From: Lepidodermella squamata
Lineage: Eukaryota > Animalia > Gastrotricha
Reading direction: 5' to 3'
DNA length: 64,000 nt
NCBI GenBank assembly: GCA_047495785.1
Contig: JBLDXI010000002.1
Coordinates: forward strand, 1,302,001-1,366,000
Of this stretch, positions 1 through 14,000 are shown one piece after another. The notes under the pieces were generated by a model. It did no database searches and was not told the origin of the DNA. It worked only from the letters and a program-made list of their open reading frames with translations. The position numbers were made by a program, and so were the translations under genes. Positions within the stretch are counted from its first letter, which is position 1; every line of letters starts with the position of its first letter.

Positions 1-178
1 ATCGCTCGCTTTCGAAGGCTAATTTCGCTTTTAAAACCAACATATTCGAGCGAGTTGGCATTTTTCGTAAAATTATCTGAAAAATTGAAAAAAATTGAAA
101 TAAATCGCAGGAAAATGGGATGAAGCAAAAATTTTCGAAAAAAAATGCGAAAAATCAAGATTTTTTTAAATAAAATTC

Positions 179-619
179 GTACTCCGACAACCGAGATCAC
201 GGCAACTGAGACCGGACAACCGAGACCAAAATATAAATAAATAAGTTTAATTTTGATAACCGAGACTCCGACAACCGAGACACCGACAACTGAGACCAAA
301 TAATTATAAAATATTTGATTAAAATAGAATGGCCACTTGTGAATATACTTTACAGGTTAGGGTTAGGGTTAGGGTTAGGGTTGGGTTGGGGGTCTTAATA
401 TGCTGAATATGTATAATTCAGCTCTAAACTAGCTACGTGATCAAAATGTTTAAATTTAAAATTTAAAATAAATTATATTATATTTGGTCTCAGTTGTCGG
501 CGTCTCGGTTTTCGGAGTCTCGGTTAGCAAAAATAAAATTATTTATTTATATTTTGGTCTCGGTTGTCCGGTCTCAGTTGTCGTTTTCTCGGTTGTCGGG
601 TTTCAGTTGTCGTAGAACC
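179..619. mobile_element. MITE (non-autonomous DNA transposon, Mutator-like by TSD length) with internal telomere-type repeat
   Basis: ~130-bp imperfect terminal inverted arms built of GACAACYGAGAC sub-repeats (179-310 vs 475-619); flanked by a 9-bp direct repeat ATAAAATTC at 170-178 and 620-628; left terminus slightly deleted relative to the right (…GTCGTAGAACC). Confidence 0.8.
357..392 (+). repeat. Interstitial (TTAGGG)4 followed by TTGGG TTGGGGG, inside the MITE
   Basis: Read directly: four perfect TTAGGG at 357-380, then degenerate units. Confidence 0.95.
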
Positions 620-1977
620 ATAAAATTCGAGAAAATATAATATTTAATAGGATTTTTCTTGTTTTCGTGGAATAATATTGGATCTAATAAGCTGTCCCAC
701 TTTAAAATTGGATCCAAATCTCCAGTTAGGATTCGTTTACAATATTTTGGATTTTTTTAGATAGCTAACGGCTGAATTAAATTGGAAAATTCTTAGACCC
801 CACGATTAATCAACTCAATTTCGATAATGGATAGAGTGGTTCTATTTAAAGACCTTATATCGAGAGTCACTTTGAGTTTCGAGTGTTCCCAGGCGTTTTT
901 TTCAAGCTAATTAGAAAATTTGAGCTGGAAATTAGGCAAATTCCAGGGCAAAATGCGAGTCTTAAACGATGGGTCATCATTTTCTGAAGTACCATCAATA
1001 TTTCCCATGGAAAAACAAGCGCTGATTCCCCATTTATGAGCAACGCGATGTTATTTGGTGATTTAATCGATCTCAGCACTGCGGTATAAATAATAAATAG
1101 CTACAGCTTCAATCAATACCCTCGTTCTTCTTTCAATCAATTACCTTATCATATAATCATCATCATCAGGTGTGACACGTGATTCCCTGTGGATTTCATG
1201 CCGCTTGCGAAAAATCGATCCGGCTCTGACGACGCTTCTCGAAAAATATTTCACGTGCTATTTTTTCATCGACCGCACTTGCGGGTTTAATTGCAAGATT
1301 ATGATGCACGATTGTTTCTTCACCGGCCTCCTACTCGTCACTGAGAAAATCAATGCTTGCGACAAAGATGAGGAGAGAAGGAAAAAAAAACGACGACTTG
1401 AAACATAACGACGCACTTCGTTTATTAGTTATTGTTATCATATTGGCATATATTGTTGATATTATAATGAAAGGACACCGGCGACACAACAGTGAAGATT
1501 GCGACTAGGCTATCATTATTTGCTGTGCTGATCAGTGATACAACAACAAATTTAGTGACTCGAAACAGCATTTTTATTCAACAGCTTAGAAGATTCAGTA
1601 AGGTGGACTGCTCATTCATAATTTGTGCTACAAAAAATACTGCGTGCGTGCACTATTATTCGATTTATTATTATTGTTGTTATCGTTTTCTAAACTCAAT
1701 TTTTGCACGAATAATGCATGCGAAAATACCACAGAAGAATCAGATGATTAACGTGACTTTTGTTGTATTTTTACTCTACAAAGCATCACAACTTACACAA
1801 CGAACGAACCAAAAAATGAGAGATTAAGAGAGACAACTCAAAAGACACTCGGCTGATAATAACATTCAATCAATAGTTTCGTATCATCAATATATTTATA
1901 GGAAAAGTCAATCATGGATAATGTTTAACTGATGCGCGTTTGTGTGAGCAGGAAACGGCTTACACGTTCGATTGATC

Positions 1978-2718
1978 TTAGTTTGGTTCGTCGCCATCGC
2001 CACCTTCATCATTCTGCGCGTCCGAGGTCCACAGCGTCAAGTTGTCACGCAGCAACTGCATAATGAGAGTGCTGTCCTTGTACGACTCTTCGTTCAGCGT
2101 ATCCAGCTCAGCGATGGCGTCGTCGAACGCTTGCTTGGCCAGTTGGCAGGCCTTGTCCGGCGCGTTGAGGATTTCGTAGTAGAAGACGGAGAAGTTGAGG
2201 GCAAGACCGAGACGGATGGGGTGGGTCGGCTGCATCTTAGCCTTGGCAATTCCGAACGCCTCTTCGTACGCCTGCTGCGACTTTTCGACAACATCATTGC
2301 GCTTGTCACCAGTCGCGACTTCGGTCAGGTAACGGAAGTAGTCACCCTTCATCTTCAGATAGAAGACCTTGCTTTCGTGGTGTTGAGCCTTGGGGATCAA
2401 GAACTTGTCAAGGAGAGCCAAGACATCGTAGCAGATTTCGGACAGCTCCTTCTCGATCTTCTCACGGTACTCCCGAGCGAGCGCTTGCTTCGTGTCGCTG
2501 CCCTCGGTCTTTTGTTCGATGCTGGAGATGACACGCCACGACGAACGCCGTGCACCAACGACGTTCTTGTAGGCGACGGAGAGAAGATTGCGCTCCTCGT
2601 TGGTCAGCTCAGCACCGCTTTCGGTAACGGCCTTCATGAACTGAGCCATATCCTCGTAACGCTCGCCCTGCTCGGCCAACTTGGCGCGTTGCACTAACTT
2701 TTCCTTATCCTCAGCCAT
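1978..2718 (-). CDS. 14-3-3: 14-3-3 protein (zeta-like), intronless CDS; probable 5'UTR intron 2757-2857
   Basis: Signature motifs [49 protein letters not shown] and [19 protein letters not shown]. Confidence 0.98.
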   Translation of the reverse strand: MAEDKEKLVQRAKLAEQGERYEDMAQFMKAVTESGAELTNEERNLLSVAYKNVVGARRSSWRVISSIEQKTEGSDTKQALAREYREKIEKELSEICYDVLALLDKFLIPKAQHHESKVFYLKMKGDYFRYLTEVATGDKRNDVVEKSQQAYEEAFGIAKAKMQPTHPIRLGLALNFSVFYYEILNAPDKACQLAKQAFDDAIAELDTLNEESYKDSTLIMQLLRDNLTLWTSDAQNDEGGDGDEPN

Positions 2719-5438
2719 TGTGAATGTTACTTAGTTAAATATAAAAACTTGACGACCTATCAAACAGAAATGGTATTGAAATGTCAATGAGGACAGGAGA
2801 AATCGGTCAGGTTCACAATCAATCAAGAACAAGATAGCATGATAGCATGAATAGTACCTGCACTTGTTAACGTAAATAAAAGTTTACGCAAAAAGTAGAT
2901 AAATGACTGATTGATGCTAACAGGCCTTGAAGTGACCGGGTTAGGTTGGGACCGATGACCAGCATGTTTCCGCGAGATCAAAGTCGGCGCGAACAATTGA
3001 AACAATAAGGCTAAGCGTGAACAGCCGATGCGCACACGCGCAACTAACAAAACAAACCGACTCCCGCGAAAAACGCCATGGCGCGCCCAAAGCTGATTAA
3101 GAATTTGAAAATATATAATTAAGTAATAAAATGTATTATAAATGATATTGTATGATTTATAGAAATTAATGTGAATTATGACATTTTCTATAAATAAAAC
3201 ACTGCAGCGGCGCCGTATGCCGTCACTGCCCGACGTCTGGCGGTCTCGGGGCTGTGTTGTTGGGGGCCCCTGCCCGAAGTGTTTTTTGCTCGTGGATTAC
3301 GTTTCATTCATTATTTCACTCGAGTAATCGCATCTAGAGCTACGTTTCCCGCCAAATAATCTGGACATCAATCGATTCGGTCTTTCCTTAGTCTTAACCT
3401 TGGCACCTTTTGTCGGTTGAACAAGTACCTGTCTAAATGAGATTCATATATGCCTAAAGAGCTTCGTCCAGATTTGGGCCAAGTTTCAGCCAAGTTTTGA
3501 AAGTATCGAATACCACCAAGTTCCAACTTCTGATTGAGAAGTTGCGCTCAATTTCGTGGCACGATAGCTAGCAGTTCTGTTTTTGACATCTTTGAATTAT
3601 CGTGTTCTTGGTTGATAAAAATGTTTTCCTGAAACTCGAATCTTCTGCCTTCATCAGCTGTATTGTTGTTATTCAATATTTGAAGTGAGAAGTGTGAGCA
3701 ATGAGACATATTCTCTGTTCTCTGGTGGATGTGCAAGCGAAATTATTAAGCAATATTTCTGAAATGAGCTTAGAGCTCAGATCATTTATCGTTCATTTTA
3801 TAAATCAGTTTGACGAGCTTTGGCTCTTCCATGCGAATGTTTTATGCGATCTACATTCAGTATCAAATTTGTCGCAGCGGTTAACGCAGTGGTTCGTTCT
3901 AGCTTGTACTACGCACTACGCTTGTACCTTCAATTTTCCATATCTCAAGTTCACCAGTATAGCATGAATCATCGATATTATTCATCCGAATTCCCGATGT
4001 CCTTTTTCTTCATCCACTGATTCTGGGATAATTAATTCTGGTCTTCTGGGATAATTCATTGACAATGAGTTGCGACTAATTCACTAGTTACGAGAATTAA
4101 CCTGGTGAAAGTCTTGTCTTTGAATCGAATGGCATTTCGGTTTTTGATTTTTGCCACTAGCACTGTACATTCGATTTGCAAAAAGAATGACTAGTAACTT
4201 TGATTCTTCCTCCGTAGTAATTAGTAATAAGGCAAGTCTACGCCGTCTAATTGCCCCATGTGAAGAACGCCGAGGGCTTCGATGGAATGCTTTAAATTCA
4301 TGAAAAGAGGAATGCTTAATCAGTTCGTGGATGAATAATGTCATCACCAATTATCATGTCACTTGTACAGTAGTTCTGAAAATAGTCGATCTCTATTTTG
4401 ATCTTGAAGCCTACTGTCATTAACCTATTCGCACTGCTAATAATTCTCAAGCGTTTTATTCTTAAGCAATGAAGTGAGTTCTATTGCGTGTTATTATTTA
4501 TGATCTCATGTTTACCGGCCGCCGTCTTTTGTAAAACGTCAGCTAGTCGGGTGCCAGCACAAATCTAGATGTTAATCATTACATCTTTTGATGGCGATGA
4601 TGATGATGATGATAATGACTACTCGAGTCGTAACCCAGCTCGCATTTTTTTCGTGTTTCTTAATTTTACCCGCGTGCATTTGCGTCATTAAAACTTATTT
4701 AATATGCAACCCGACGCACTAGCTGCCTTGGGCTCAATAGTGAAGCATCATTAGCTACAGGTTTTACAGCTGCTGTTTCAAATAATTAAGGTAGATTTGA
4801 AAATGGGTTATACTCGTGGTGATTTTTCGAAACACTGTATCGATCTGCTGCCTTTTTGTTCGCTGAGCTTTCGCTTTCGATGGCGGCGCCACGGTTCCGC
4901 CGGCTCTTACCATATTATACTTCGCCTCTCAGCCGCAATGACGTGTCCCATCGATTTTGCATATGTTTATAGCCGCGCCAGTCACACGCAAGTAATCTAT
5001 CACGAGCCTGGCCTAGTTCACTGTTATTCTTTCGCGGCGCGTATTGTGTAAAGAGTAATAATAATAGTACAACAACAGTGCATTCTCTCACCACTTTGGG
5101 CGCGGCCGGCGTGCTTTGCATTTATATAAACTAAACCACAGCATCATGAGTTCGCGACGACGGACGACGGCTGAAAGAAAGACGCAATATAACACTCGCT
5201 GTCGATAAGTATACTGTTGATATAAGCGGCCACTTGCTCCTACTCAATGCGACAGTCGATAGTTATTGATTCGTAGTAGTAGTAGTAAATTTTTATTGCC
5301 TAGCTGAACCATCCGCTCACTCAAATTGATCGATGTAGCCTGAATATATATCAGTTTCTTGTCAGTCTTAGGTTTTACTTCTAATTATTATTTGTACTTG
5401 ATTTTGCGCCTTTCAATCACTCGAAAACCGGCTTCGTC

Positions 5439-6905
5439 ATGGCTGACATGGTCAATGCCCCTCCTTATTCGACGTTTTTCGGCGCGATGGGCGCCACTTC
5501 CGCTATGGTCTTCAGTGGTAAGTTGTCACTTTTTTTCGTACATTATTGTCCAATTAAACTAGAATACAAGACCATGCAATGTTTACCCAGGTAGTGAGAA
5601 CAGCATTTTTTGCTGCTGAGTAAATAAAGGAAGACAATTGAAAAGATTTCGTGACGAAGACAATCTTCCGGTTACATGCGATAGTAATACATAAGATTCT
5701 ACCCACCTTAAAAGTATTTATTTCACTGAGTAAATTACTACACAGCTAATGAGAATGCATCCTAATTCTATAGCGAAAATAGTATCTCATTAAGATTTAA
5801 TATTTAATATTAAGGTAGGCGGTAGTAGGTTTGGGCGATGGAAATTATGTTATCAATTTTATGAATATTTCATGGATAAAAAACTGCATAAATTATATTC
5901 TTGAGTTATGAATATTATTCATCGTTGACGGTCGCTGATAATTTCAGTTTGAAATTGAAATTTGTTTAATATCTTTTAGCAGATGATAACGATTTAAGCA
6001 TCAATATGCAGAAGTTTGCGGAATTTTTTAGATTTTCGCAAATTGAGTAATTTTACAAAAGTTGTGAAAAAGCTAGTAGTAAATAAGATAAATAATAAAA
6101 TAAGAAATAAACAATTTTTCTGGCGTAATAAATATTCAAAATTTAATTCAAAATTCAAAATTAATTTACATATAAATTGATAAATTAAGAAAATTAGTAC
6201 TAAAATCTAGTTTTCGATACATTTTATAGAAAACTATTCCGCTATATTCCTGATAATCGCGTAGATGGAATTTTTCAAAATAGATGATTAATTTCCAGAA
6301 ATTTTGAAAATTCATTTTTTGGCGAATTCATTGTTAAAAATTGGTCCTGAAATTAGCTAGACCCAAATTGAATTTCAAAATCTGCTTGAAACGGGATAAA
6401 AATCGCAATTTCCTAAGCTTTTTCAAATTAAGGAGGATTTTTACAATATTTTTGAATTTTATTGGATAATTTTTTCCGATTTAAAAATGGCATTTTTGTG
6501 ATTTTAGCCCTCGGTGCGGCGTATGGCACCGCGAAATCCGGCACCGGTATCGCTGCGATGTCCGTCATGCGTCCCGAGCTGATCATGCGCTCGATCATCC
6601 CCGTCGTCATGGCCGGTATCATTGCCATCTACGGCCTCGTCGTCGCCGTCGTCGTGGCACAGGGCATCAAGCTCGAACCGGGCGCCTACCCCCTCGGCAA
6701 GTCCTTCGTGCACTTGGGCGCCGGGCTCTCCGTCGGCCTGTCTGGCCTCGCGGCCGGTTTCGCGATCGGCGTTGTCGGCGATGCTGGCGTCCGCGGCACC
6801 GCGCAACAGCCCCGCCTCTTCATCGGCATGATTTTGATCCTCATTTTCGCCGAAGTACTCGGCTTGTATGGACTCATCGTCGCCCTTGTTCTTACCACTC
6901 GTTAG
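5439..6905 (+). CDS. ATP6V0C: V-type H+-ATPase 16 kDa proteolipid subunit c; exons 5439-5517, 6508-6905
   Basis: Exon 1 [26 protein letters not shown] plus a phase-1 GTAAGT..TTTTAG intron joins to [12 protein letters not shown]…[15 protein letters not shown]…[19 protein letters not shown] (proton-carrying Glu present). Confidence 0.97.
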
Positions 6906-9553
6906 GCTACTCGCTCGCTGTTTGAGGCGGACACTAAAAAAAATCGTCATCATCAAAAATCGACTGCCACCCCTGTTGTAATGTGGTGGTAAATTTGTCA
7001 TATAGATCTGATGAAATAAAAACTTCCAGCTTAATAATGATAATATTTAAGGAGGATAAACTCTGAATGTCTGATGAACAAAAAAATCTGATAAAATGAA
7101 TTCCTGTCTCTTTTTCTTTCGCAATTTTTGGAGTATATTATAATGAATGGCCTTTTATTATTATTATTAAGTAAAAAAAATGAAGAAGAGAAATCGCCAT
7201 GTTTTTTATTATCATAATTAATTTTGACCGGTTTGTGTAGTTTTGTGAGCGCATAAAAATTTCTTTTAATTTGTATTAATTAATATTATTATTATGAAAG
7301 GCGGAGCCCTGGAAAATTATGCACTAGCAATCGATGTGTTGTAGTGATTGAATTTCTCTCTTCTTTCTCTTCATCTCTCTCTTTCTCGTCGTATGTTTAC
7401 AATACAATTCAAAAGTACTATGTGCAACCATGTCGATGTTGTGAACAAAGCTATATTATCGTCATTATTATATTACTACTAGCTACATTTTGTGTATTCT
7501 TGAAATTAAAAAATAAAGACACGCTTTTAAACTACAAATTACACCAAAAATTGACGAACAAATAAAAGCGGATGCCTTGTTAAAAAAATCTGCGATTTTT
7601 CTGCAAATGGTGCGGCTGTTATAGGTGTAATAATAATTGAAGCCTAAGGGTTCAAGTGCGAATTTTTCTGTGTAAATATAAGCAATCGATATTTTTGTTT
7701 TCTTTCCGGCGATCAACAATACATTCAAAAGAAATGATAGACCGCATAATTTTTGTGACTATTCGTTATTAGATTTGATAAAAACAAACGAAGAATGAAC
7801 TGATGAAGTGTTAGAATCTCTTCTCAAATTTATGATCATATCATGCGTGTAGCTGTTTCTACGTGTCTTATTATCATTATAATTATTATTTGAAAAATCG
7901 CTGGGTTAAAAAGCAATTTTCTCCGTTGTAACGACCACAATGGCGCGTCTGTTTAAAATAAAAAAGTATGTCTGTCTCAGCGAGGATTTTCCAGCGTGAT
8001 TTTTTTCAACACATTGCAGCTGTTTGCACGGGGCAATCGCTGAATTACGAAATATGAGTTTAAAACCATTCACGACAACATAACCGTATAGAGAGGGCAC
8101 AGTGATTCTCAAACCCAGTTTGGCCCTTGAGCTTGGCCCTTGAGAGATAGTACCGGTCTGCCTATCTCTTGCTTTGGATTGCGGCCGGATGGCCCTTTTG
8201 AAGCCGGATTCAGGATTTTACAAAATTTGTGTATATCTCCAGCAAAATTGTCCCTATTTTCTAAAATTAAAAAAAGGTCATCGCTAGCTGCACCCGCGCG
8301 CTGGGTGCATAGAATTTGCTCGCTACACCCGCATCTGGGTGCGACCATTTTGCTACGTACACCCAATACATTTGATAGGACGGTAATGAAATCACGGGTG
8401 CAGAGAGAAAAACCGCTGCACCCACTTGACCGCGCGCGGCGGCTATAACGAGCGAGTCATAACGCGCAATAACGAGTTAACGAATCCTACGGTTTCCTGA
8501 TGGGGAGACTTTTGAAAAGTGTAAAACAGCGCACTGTAAGACTACCCTTCAGCCTATGCGCTATCGCTCGACGGATGACAAGCGACTGCGGCTGGAGTGT
8601 ATCCACGGCGTGAAGAAGCGCAGGAAGGATTTCCCTGACCGGACACGCAACGATCACGATTTGCCACCCTACACGGGTTGCACAGCCAAAATCACTGCGA
8701 CGATCCGGCACTGGGAAGTAAACAAAATAGCCAAATCGTTAGGTATCATCGAATGCCGGCGGCTTACCTTTTTAAAAGCACAACATCGCAAGCCTCGCTA
8801 GCACCTAACTTGAACAAATACTGTAGATGTGGCCTTGATGTGGACGACTAAACGGCACCCAGCTACCTGCCATAATTCCTGCGGATTTTGGTTGTGTGTT
8901 CATCCTCCGTGCATTTCGAAGTCGTCCTCTTGACAAGTTCAAGCTTTTTCTGTTACTTTCTTACACTGTGTGTGCAGTTTGTGGCCCAAAGCTTACGTGA
9001 CAAGGCAAAGATCATCTTTTTGTTGGTTCTAGTGAGGCACGTTTCAAACCATCGAAGAATTCGCTACTGCTCATGAAACCTTTCTCGATAGCTTAATTTG
9101 AAGCACGGTACGGATCAGTAAAGTTGAAATAACGATAGAGACACGGATGGGTCGAAGAAAATGTGCTGGAATGACCTAGAAAGTATAATACACCAGCCAA
9201 AATAATACACCAGCTATCGTCGCGGTGGACGCTATCAGGAAGCAAGTGGAAGACAGAAAGGCTACTTTGAGAAGTGATTTCGAAAACCGAGTGCCGAGCG
9301 CTATAACCTATAACCTCGAAAAATAAAAAAATGGGAACTGATGTGTAGTAGATTTGAGCGTATGACCCGATTCAGCATTTAGTAATGTCTTTATTTCTAC
9401 ATACTACATGGCTGCTATAAATTTACTAATATATGGGGTAGAAAACATGTTTTACGATGATTAAAAATCGGAGATAAGAGAATGCGAAAAGTTGACAAAC
9501 TGCAGGTAACGATTTATCGTTAGAGAACAACAGAGTTCCGAAGCTCCATGTGC

Positions 9554-10136
9554 TTATGAGGTTTTTCTTTCGAGGCATACTTTTTTCACATTTTCCAATG
9601 TAAGGTCATCAGATGTTGTACATTTCATCTCGAAAACGTCATGACAAAAATGCGACATTCTCTGGCGCAACGTTCCCAATCCGCTCTTGTATAATCGAAT
9701 GTGATTATTACTTGCTAAAAAATTAAATTATATTGAATGAATGACCAGGTTATTTAGAGATTGGCTTACTTCCTGTAGGACACCAAAATATCAGGAGCGT
9801 CCGGTGTCTGATGATAGGCGGTTTCGAACTGGCGTCGGAATACCGAAAGTTGTAGATTATTATGCTGCAATCTTGCGGCGGCAGCTCATCGATGAGCAGC
9901 TTGGCCCACTCATCATCGGTCGTTGGACTGTAGCTGTTGCAATGCGGTCTAGCTCCAAGCAGGTCAACAGTGAAAACTTGCATCTCCAAGCTAATGCGTA
10001 GCGTGAGAAAGTCGTACATATTCTGATCGCTCATCGTCGCAATTAGCTTCAAAATATCCGTAGGAACGGATATTTCGGGGCTAGTCTCCTTTACATCTTT
10101 ATGGATGTTTGAATGATGAGAATCTGCTAGAGCCAT
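9554..10136 (-). CDS. Divergent ADF/cofilin-family (ADF-H domain) protein; exons ~10136-9770 and 9714-9554 (possible extra 5' exon near 10264-10283)
   Basis: LPPQDCSIIIYNFRY…TLLIFWCPTG spliced via a 55-nt GTAAG..TTTAG intron to TSNNHIRLYKSGLGTLRQRM…TTSDDLTLENVKKV*, matching the ADF-H pattern (C.Y.F.Y, I.W.P, .LY.S…L). Start uncertain. Confidence 0.72.
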
Positions 10137-11083
10137 TCTGTGCAAACAAAATTGAGCCGAGACGGGTTTGAAGGATGGAATTCTTCTCGATTTACATCAC
10201 TTAAATACGGTGCCAACGAGAACTGTATCGATTTCCGCTGCGCGCAGGGGTAGTTTTCTCACCTTTATCGTATCATCCAGCATGGGTAATAACAATAATA
10301 TGCCTAAATTTATTGGTAATCATTGACGTCAGAATTTGGCGCTCAATTAATGCGCTTTTCCTCCATCAACTCGACAAAGGTGATTACCTTTTCAATAATT
10401 AAGGCGGTAATGAACCGTGACATTGAACGCAAACGTAAAAGTAAAAATGCAATAACTTTGATCGAACTGCACGCTCGCGTCCTGGTTTTCTGGATCATAC
10501 TAGGTTTCGGTTATTTCGCATTTTCAGGAAAATAGAAATATACTCAACTTTGATGGCGGTCGCTTTCTCTTTATTTTCTTTTGTTGTAAACAAGGATCTT
10601 TTGCTATCATCCAATATCATCATTTCTGATTTTATATCATCATAATTATAATTTTATATTGTCATTATCATCAGCATCGCAAATAATGATAGTTGTTCAT
10701 CTCCGCATACTTTTGCACATGTTTCATACAAGTTATACATGATTTTTTTCGCATCAACAATACAAGCTTGAATAATAACCGTTATTACAGAAGACACGGG
10801 TTGGTAACACAGTGCAATATGTTTTTCAATATAAATCTGTGTCGAAAGAAAGAGGTATATGACGTTGTATTTGTCGCACTTTTCCAAGCTGTAGCATATT
10901 TAATACGATAGCAACGGTCGTGCTTTGTTTGATCCTGATTTTCACGTCGATTGAAACACAACCAAACAACTAGCAAACAGAGAGAACTAGTAAACAGATC
11001 TAGCCGCAACTCGAACAAAATGGTCAACCGAAATAAGAAGCCGACTGAATGAAATGATGATTCTCACAACAAAAGCAAAAAAT

Positions 11084-14000
11084 CTACCCGGCTGCAACGG
11101 CCTCGAGAGGCACGCCGTCGCTGGTTGATGGTTGCTCCATGGCCTTGTCATTCGCTTCGGAACTTGCGGATACAGGCTGGTCTTTGCTATGATGATCTTT
11201 TTCCGCCTTGGTAGAGGCGATGTTGTTGTGCTGGTACACCGCGCTACCGGCGAGTTGAGCAAGCGGAAGTTGTGGAGGCATGGCCGGGACGACAGGCATG
11301 ACCACCGACTCGACGGGAATGCCGGCGAGACTGAGGCGGTTCGCGAATGACTCGATGCCGGGGAAGGGTGGCGGGGGCGGCAGTAGCGGACTGCCGTTCG
11401 ACATCCACATCATGCGCTGTTGCTGCTGTTGTTGTTGATGGCGCAGCATATCGGGCCCGACCGTGGGCTGCATAGCAGGCGGTGGCGGTAGCATAGCCAG
11501 CACAACCTGCTGGGCGGCGTGAGGTAGCGCTGCAGGGTTGCCGTCGAGAGGAAGCGGGAGGAGAGCACTTAATGGCACATTCTAGACACAAAAATAGAGA
11601 GAATTATTAAATATGCCACAATTGCCCTTAGGTATCTATGGATCACTCCATCTTACAATTTCGAACGCAATAACCCTCGCAATTTGTAATCAATCAATTA
11701 ATAATTTTGTAGATCTCACATTCTAAAATCACTACTACACGATGGTATGCACATCGAATGCGGACTGGATCCTAACGATTAAATTACAATTAAATTAAAA
11801 CTAGCCCACATTTGAGGTGATTATATCAGAAATTTAGCATTGAAAGGATCAGAAATGCCAGCCGGTTCGAGTTTTTTCGGTTTTTAAGATGGATAAACTC
11901 TACTCAAATCATCGCTTTTTAAAATTGAACCAGTGCGGAAATAATAAAACTGTTGCAATTACGTCCATCAGAGTGGAAAATTGAAATACGAATAATGCAT
12001 GATGGGAATTTCTCTCATTTTCTTGCAAATTGAAAAATAGGTTGTTTAGTTTTCAAGCCTGAAACAAATTTTAGTGGCATTTATTTTCGCTATCGATTGC
12101 ATTATGCATAGAAATTTAGAGCTCGTTAAAACTAGATTCGGCTCTATCCGCGCTTTCCGCTTCATGTGGCTTGAATCGTGCAATAAGAAGCATTTTTAAC
12201 TGCCAAAAAAGTGCGTTAGCGCCATAAAAAATACAACGGGAAAATATGCTTAAATTATTGGGGCTATAATTGATGTAAATTTGGGGGGAAAACGAATATC
12301 TGAACCCCAAAGAAATTCTCGAACTCAGCATCAATTAATATTTCTTACTACATTACTAATCGTTGTATGATTAATTCTATTTTAATAACAACTTCCGATA
12401 TAGCTAAATGTAACGAACCTGGAATTCATTATACTGATAATAGTGGACGAAAGCAATTTGCGCTTGATGATCGACAGTGACAATCTGAGCCGGGTAAAGG
12501 CCGCCGTCGGTCCACCGCGCATAGCAATAGACACCGGGACGCAAATCGACGCTGCCGGCTACGGCTTGACCGCTAGGCTGGTTAGACGTCGCTTGACTAG
12601 CCTGTTGAGACAGGTTGTTCGCAGCAGCCGCGCTCGTCACCACCGGCGCCCCGGCGGCTGCGCTCGAAGGGACAAACGCCGGGGGAAGAATGGGCGTTTG
12701 AATGGCATAGTTGGGGAATGCGCCGTACGCAATAACCGAATCGGGTCCGGCGAAAGCTGGTGTGCCGTCAGCAGTCAACACGTTTTGATACATGCCTGGA
12801 ATGGGCGCTTGATTTGCCATCAAGTTCGGACGAGGTTTCCTACTGCTATTTGTCGCATCTTCATTGTCGAGGTCAAAAACCGAGGAAGACGCCGTCGCAA
12901 GATTCTGCGAGGCGTATAGCCCATCGATAGGCTCTTCGACCCAACTCTGCGACATGCTAGACTGCTGGTGGCGCTTAAGACGTGGAGGCAAATCTCGATT
13001 ACCGGTTCCGCCGCGGCCTCCTTCACTGGTCGTAGGCGAGGCCGAGTCTAGGCCTCGCGATGATGCGGCGGAACCTTCACGAAAAAGCGGCGGTGGTACA
13101 CCCTGGCTGCCTCCTCGACCCGACTGGTAGCCACCACGGCCGCCTCGACCGCGCCAGCTACCACCCCGACCTCGGCCGCCTCTTCCTCCTCTACCACCCT
13201 GGTCGTCATAACGTCCACCTCGAGCGGAAGAACTGCCTCCGTAGTTACTCCCGGATGGTTTATCAGCCTCGCCCGCAATTTTGGCAGTCTCAGCGACTAA
13301 CATCAACTTCTCTTGACCGGTCTTTTGGATAACGTCGAACAAGCTGAACTGACTTGGTCTGCCCATTGCTGCTTGGGTTTCGTAGTCGTCCTCATATCTA
13401 CCACGACGACCACGGCCCCCGAAACGTCCACCTCTCGCCGGCCGGTCGTCACCATCAGGACCCGTGGAAACTGGGACGACAACGGGGGCAGGGCGCGGAG
13501 GTGCAGACGCGGGCTTTGTCGCAATGCTCAACTGCGAAATGTCGGGCATTGCCAGCGATTTTTCATCCGAGGTCGGCTTTTGCTTCTGCTTGGCGAGCGC
13601 TTTCGCAATAGCAGCCTGGCGTTGCTCAGAGAACTCGTCGACTTCATCTCCATCATCGACCGATTGTTGCTTCTCTTTTGCAACAACATCCATCGCTTTG
13701 AAATTGTTTGTAGATGCTGCATCATATTTATTGGCAATCTTTTGACCAAATGGAACAAAAGCGGGCGGACCACGGCCGCCCGGTCCAGTTATCTGCCGCT
13801 GAGTTTGGCTTTTCAGCATGGCAGCAGCACGACTACCCAGTTGTCGGCTAAGCTCCCATGCTTGGACTAGCTTTGTAACGTTGCCACCCAAAACTTCCGT
13901 ATTGTTTGGTGTAAGTTGCAGGAAGCTTTTCCAAACAGATATTTCACCGACAAGTCGCAGTTTCGTACCCGGAGGCGTATCCATGCTAAACCCACGAATG

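Noticed and set aside
357-392. True chromosome end
   Set aside because: Only four repeats, embedded inside a TIR element with a TSD.
1972-2697. 241-aa ORF antisense to 14-3-3 (and similar antisense ORFs over ATP6V0C, TDRD3, the LGIC, the glucosidase and beta-catenin)
   Set aside because: Shadow ORFs from GC-rich codon usage of the real gene; no motifs, mostly non-ATG starts.
6428-7057. TAAGGAGG as Shine-Dalgarno sites or bacterial contamination
   Set aside because: Copies lie in spliceosomal introns and UTRs in both orientations and do not precede ORFs.
8100-9310. Short repeats (TGGCCCTT x3, GCACCC motifs) and small ORFs
   Set aside because: Probably degraded TE/MITE DNA, but I could not define termini, a TSD or a protein motif.
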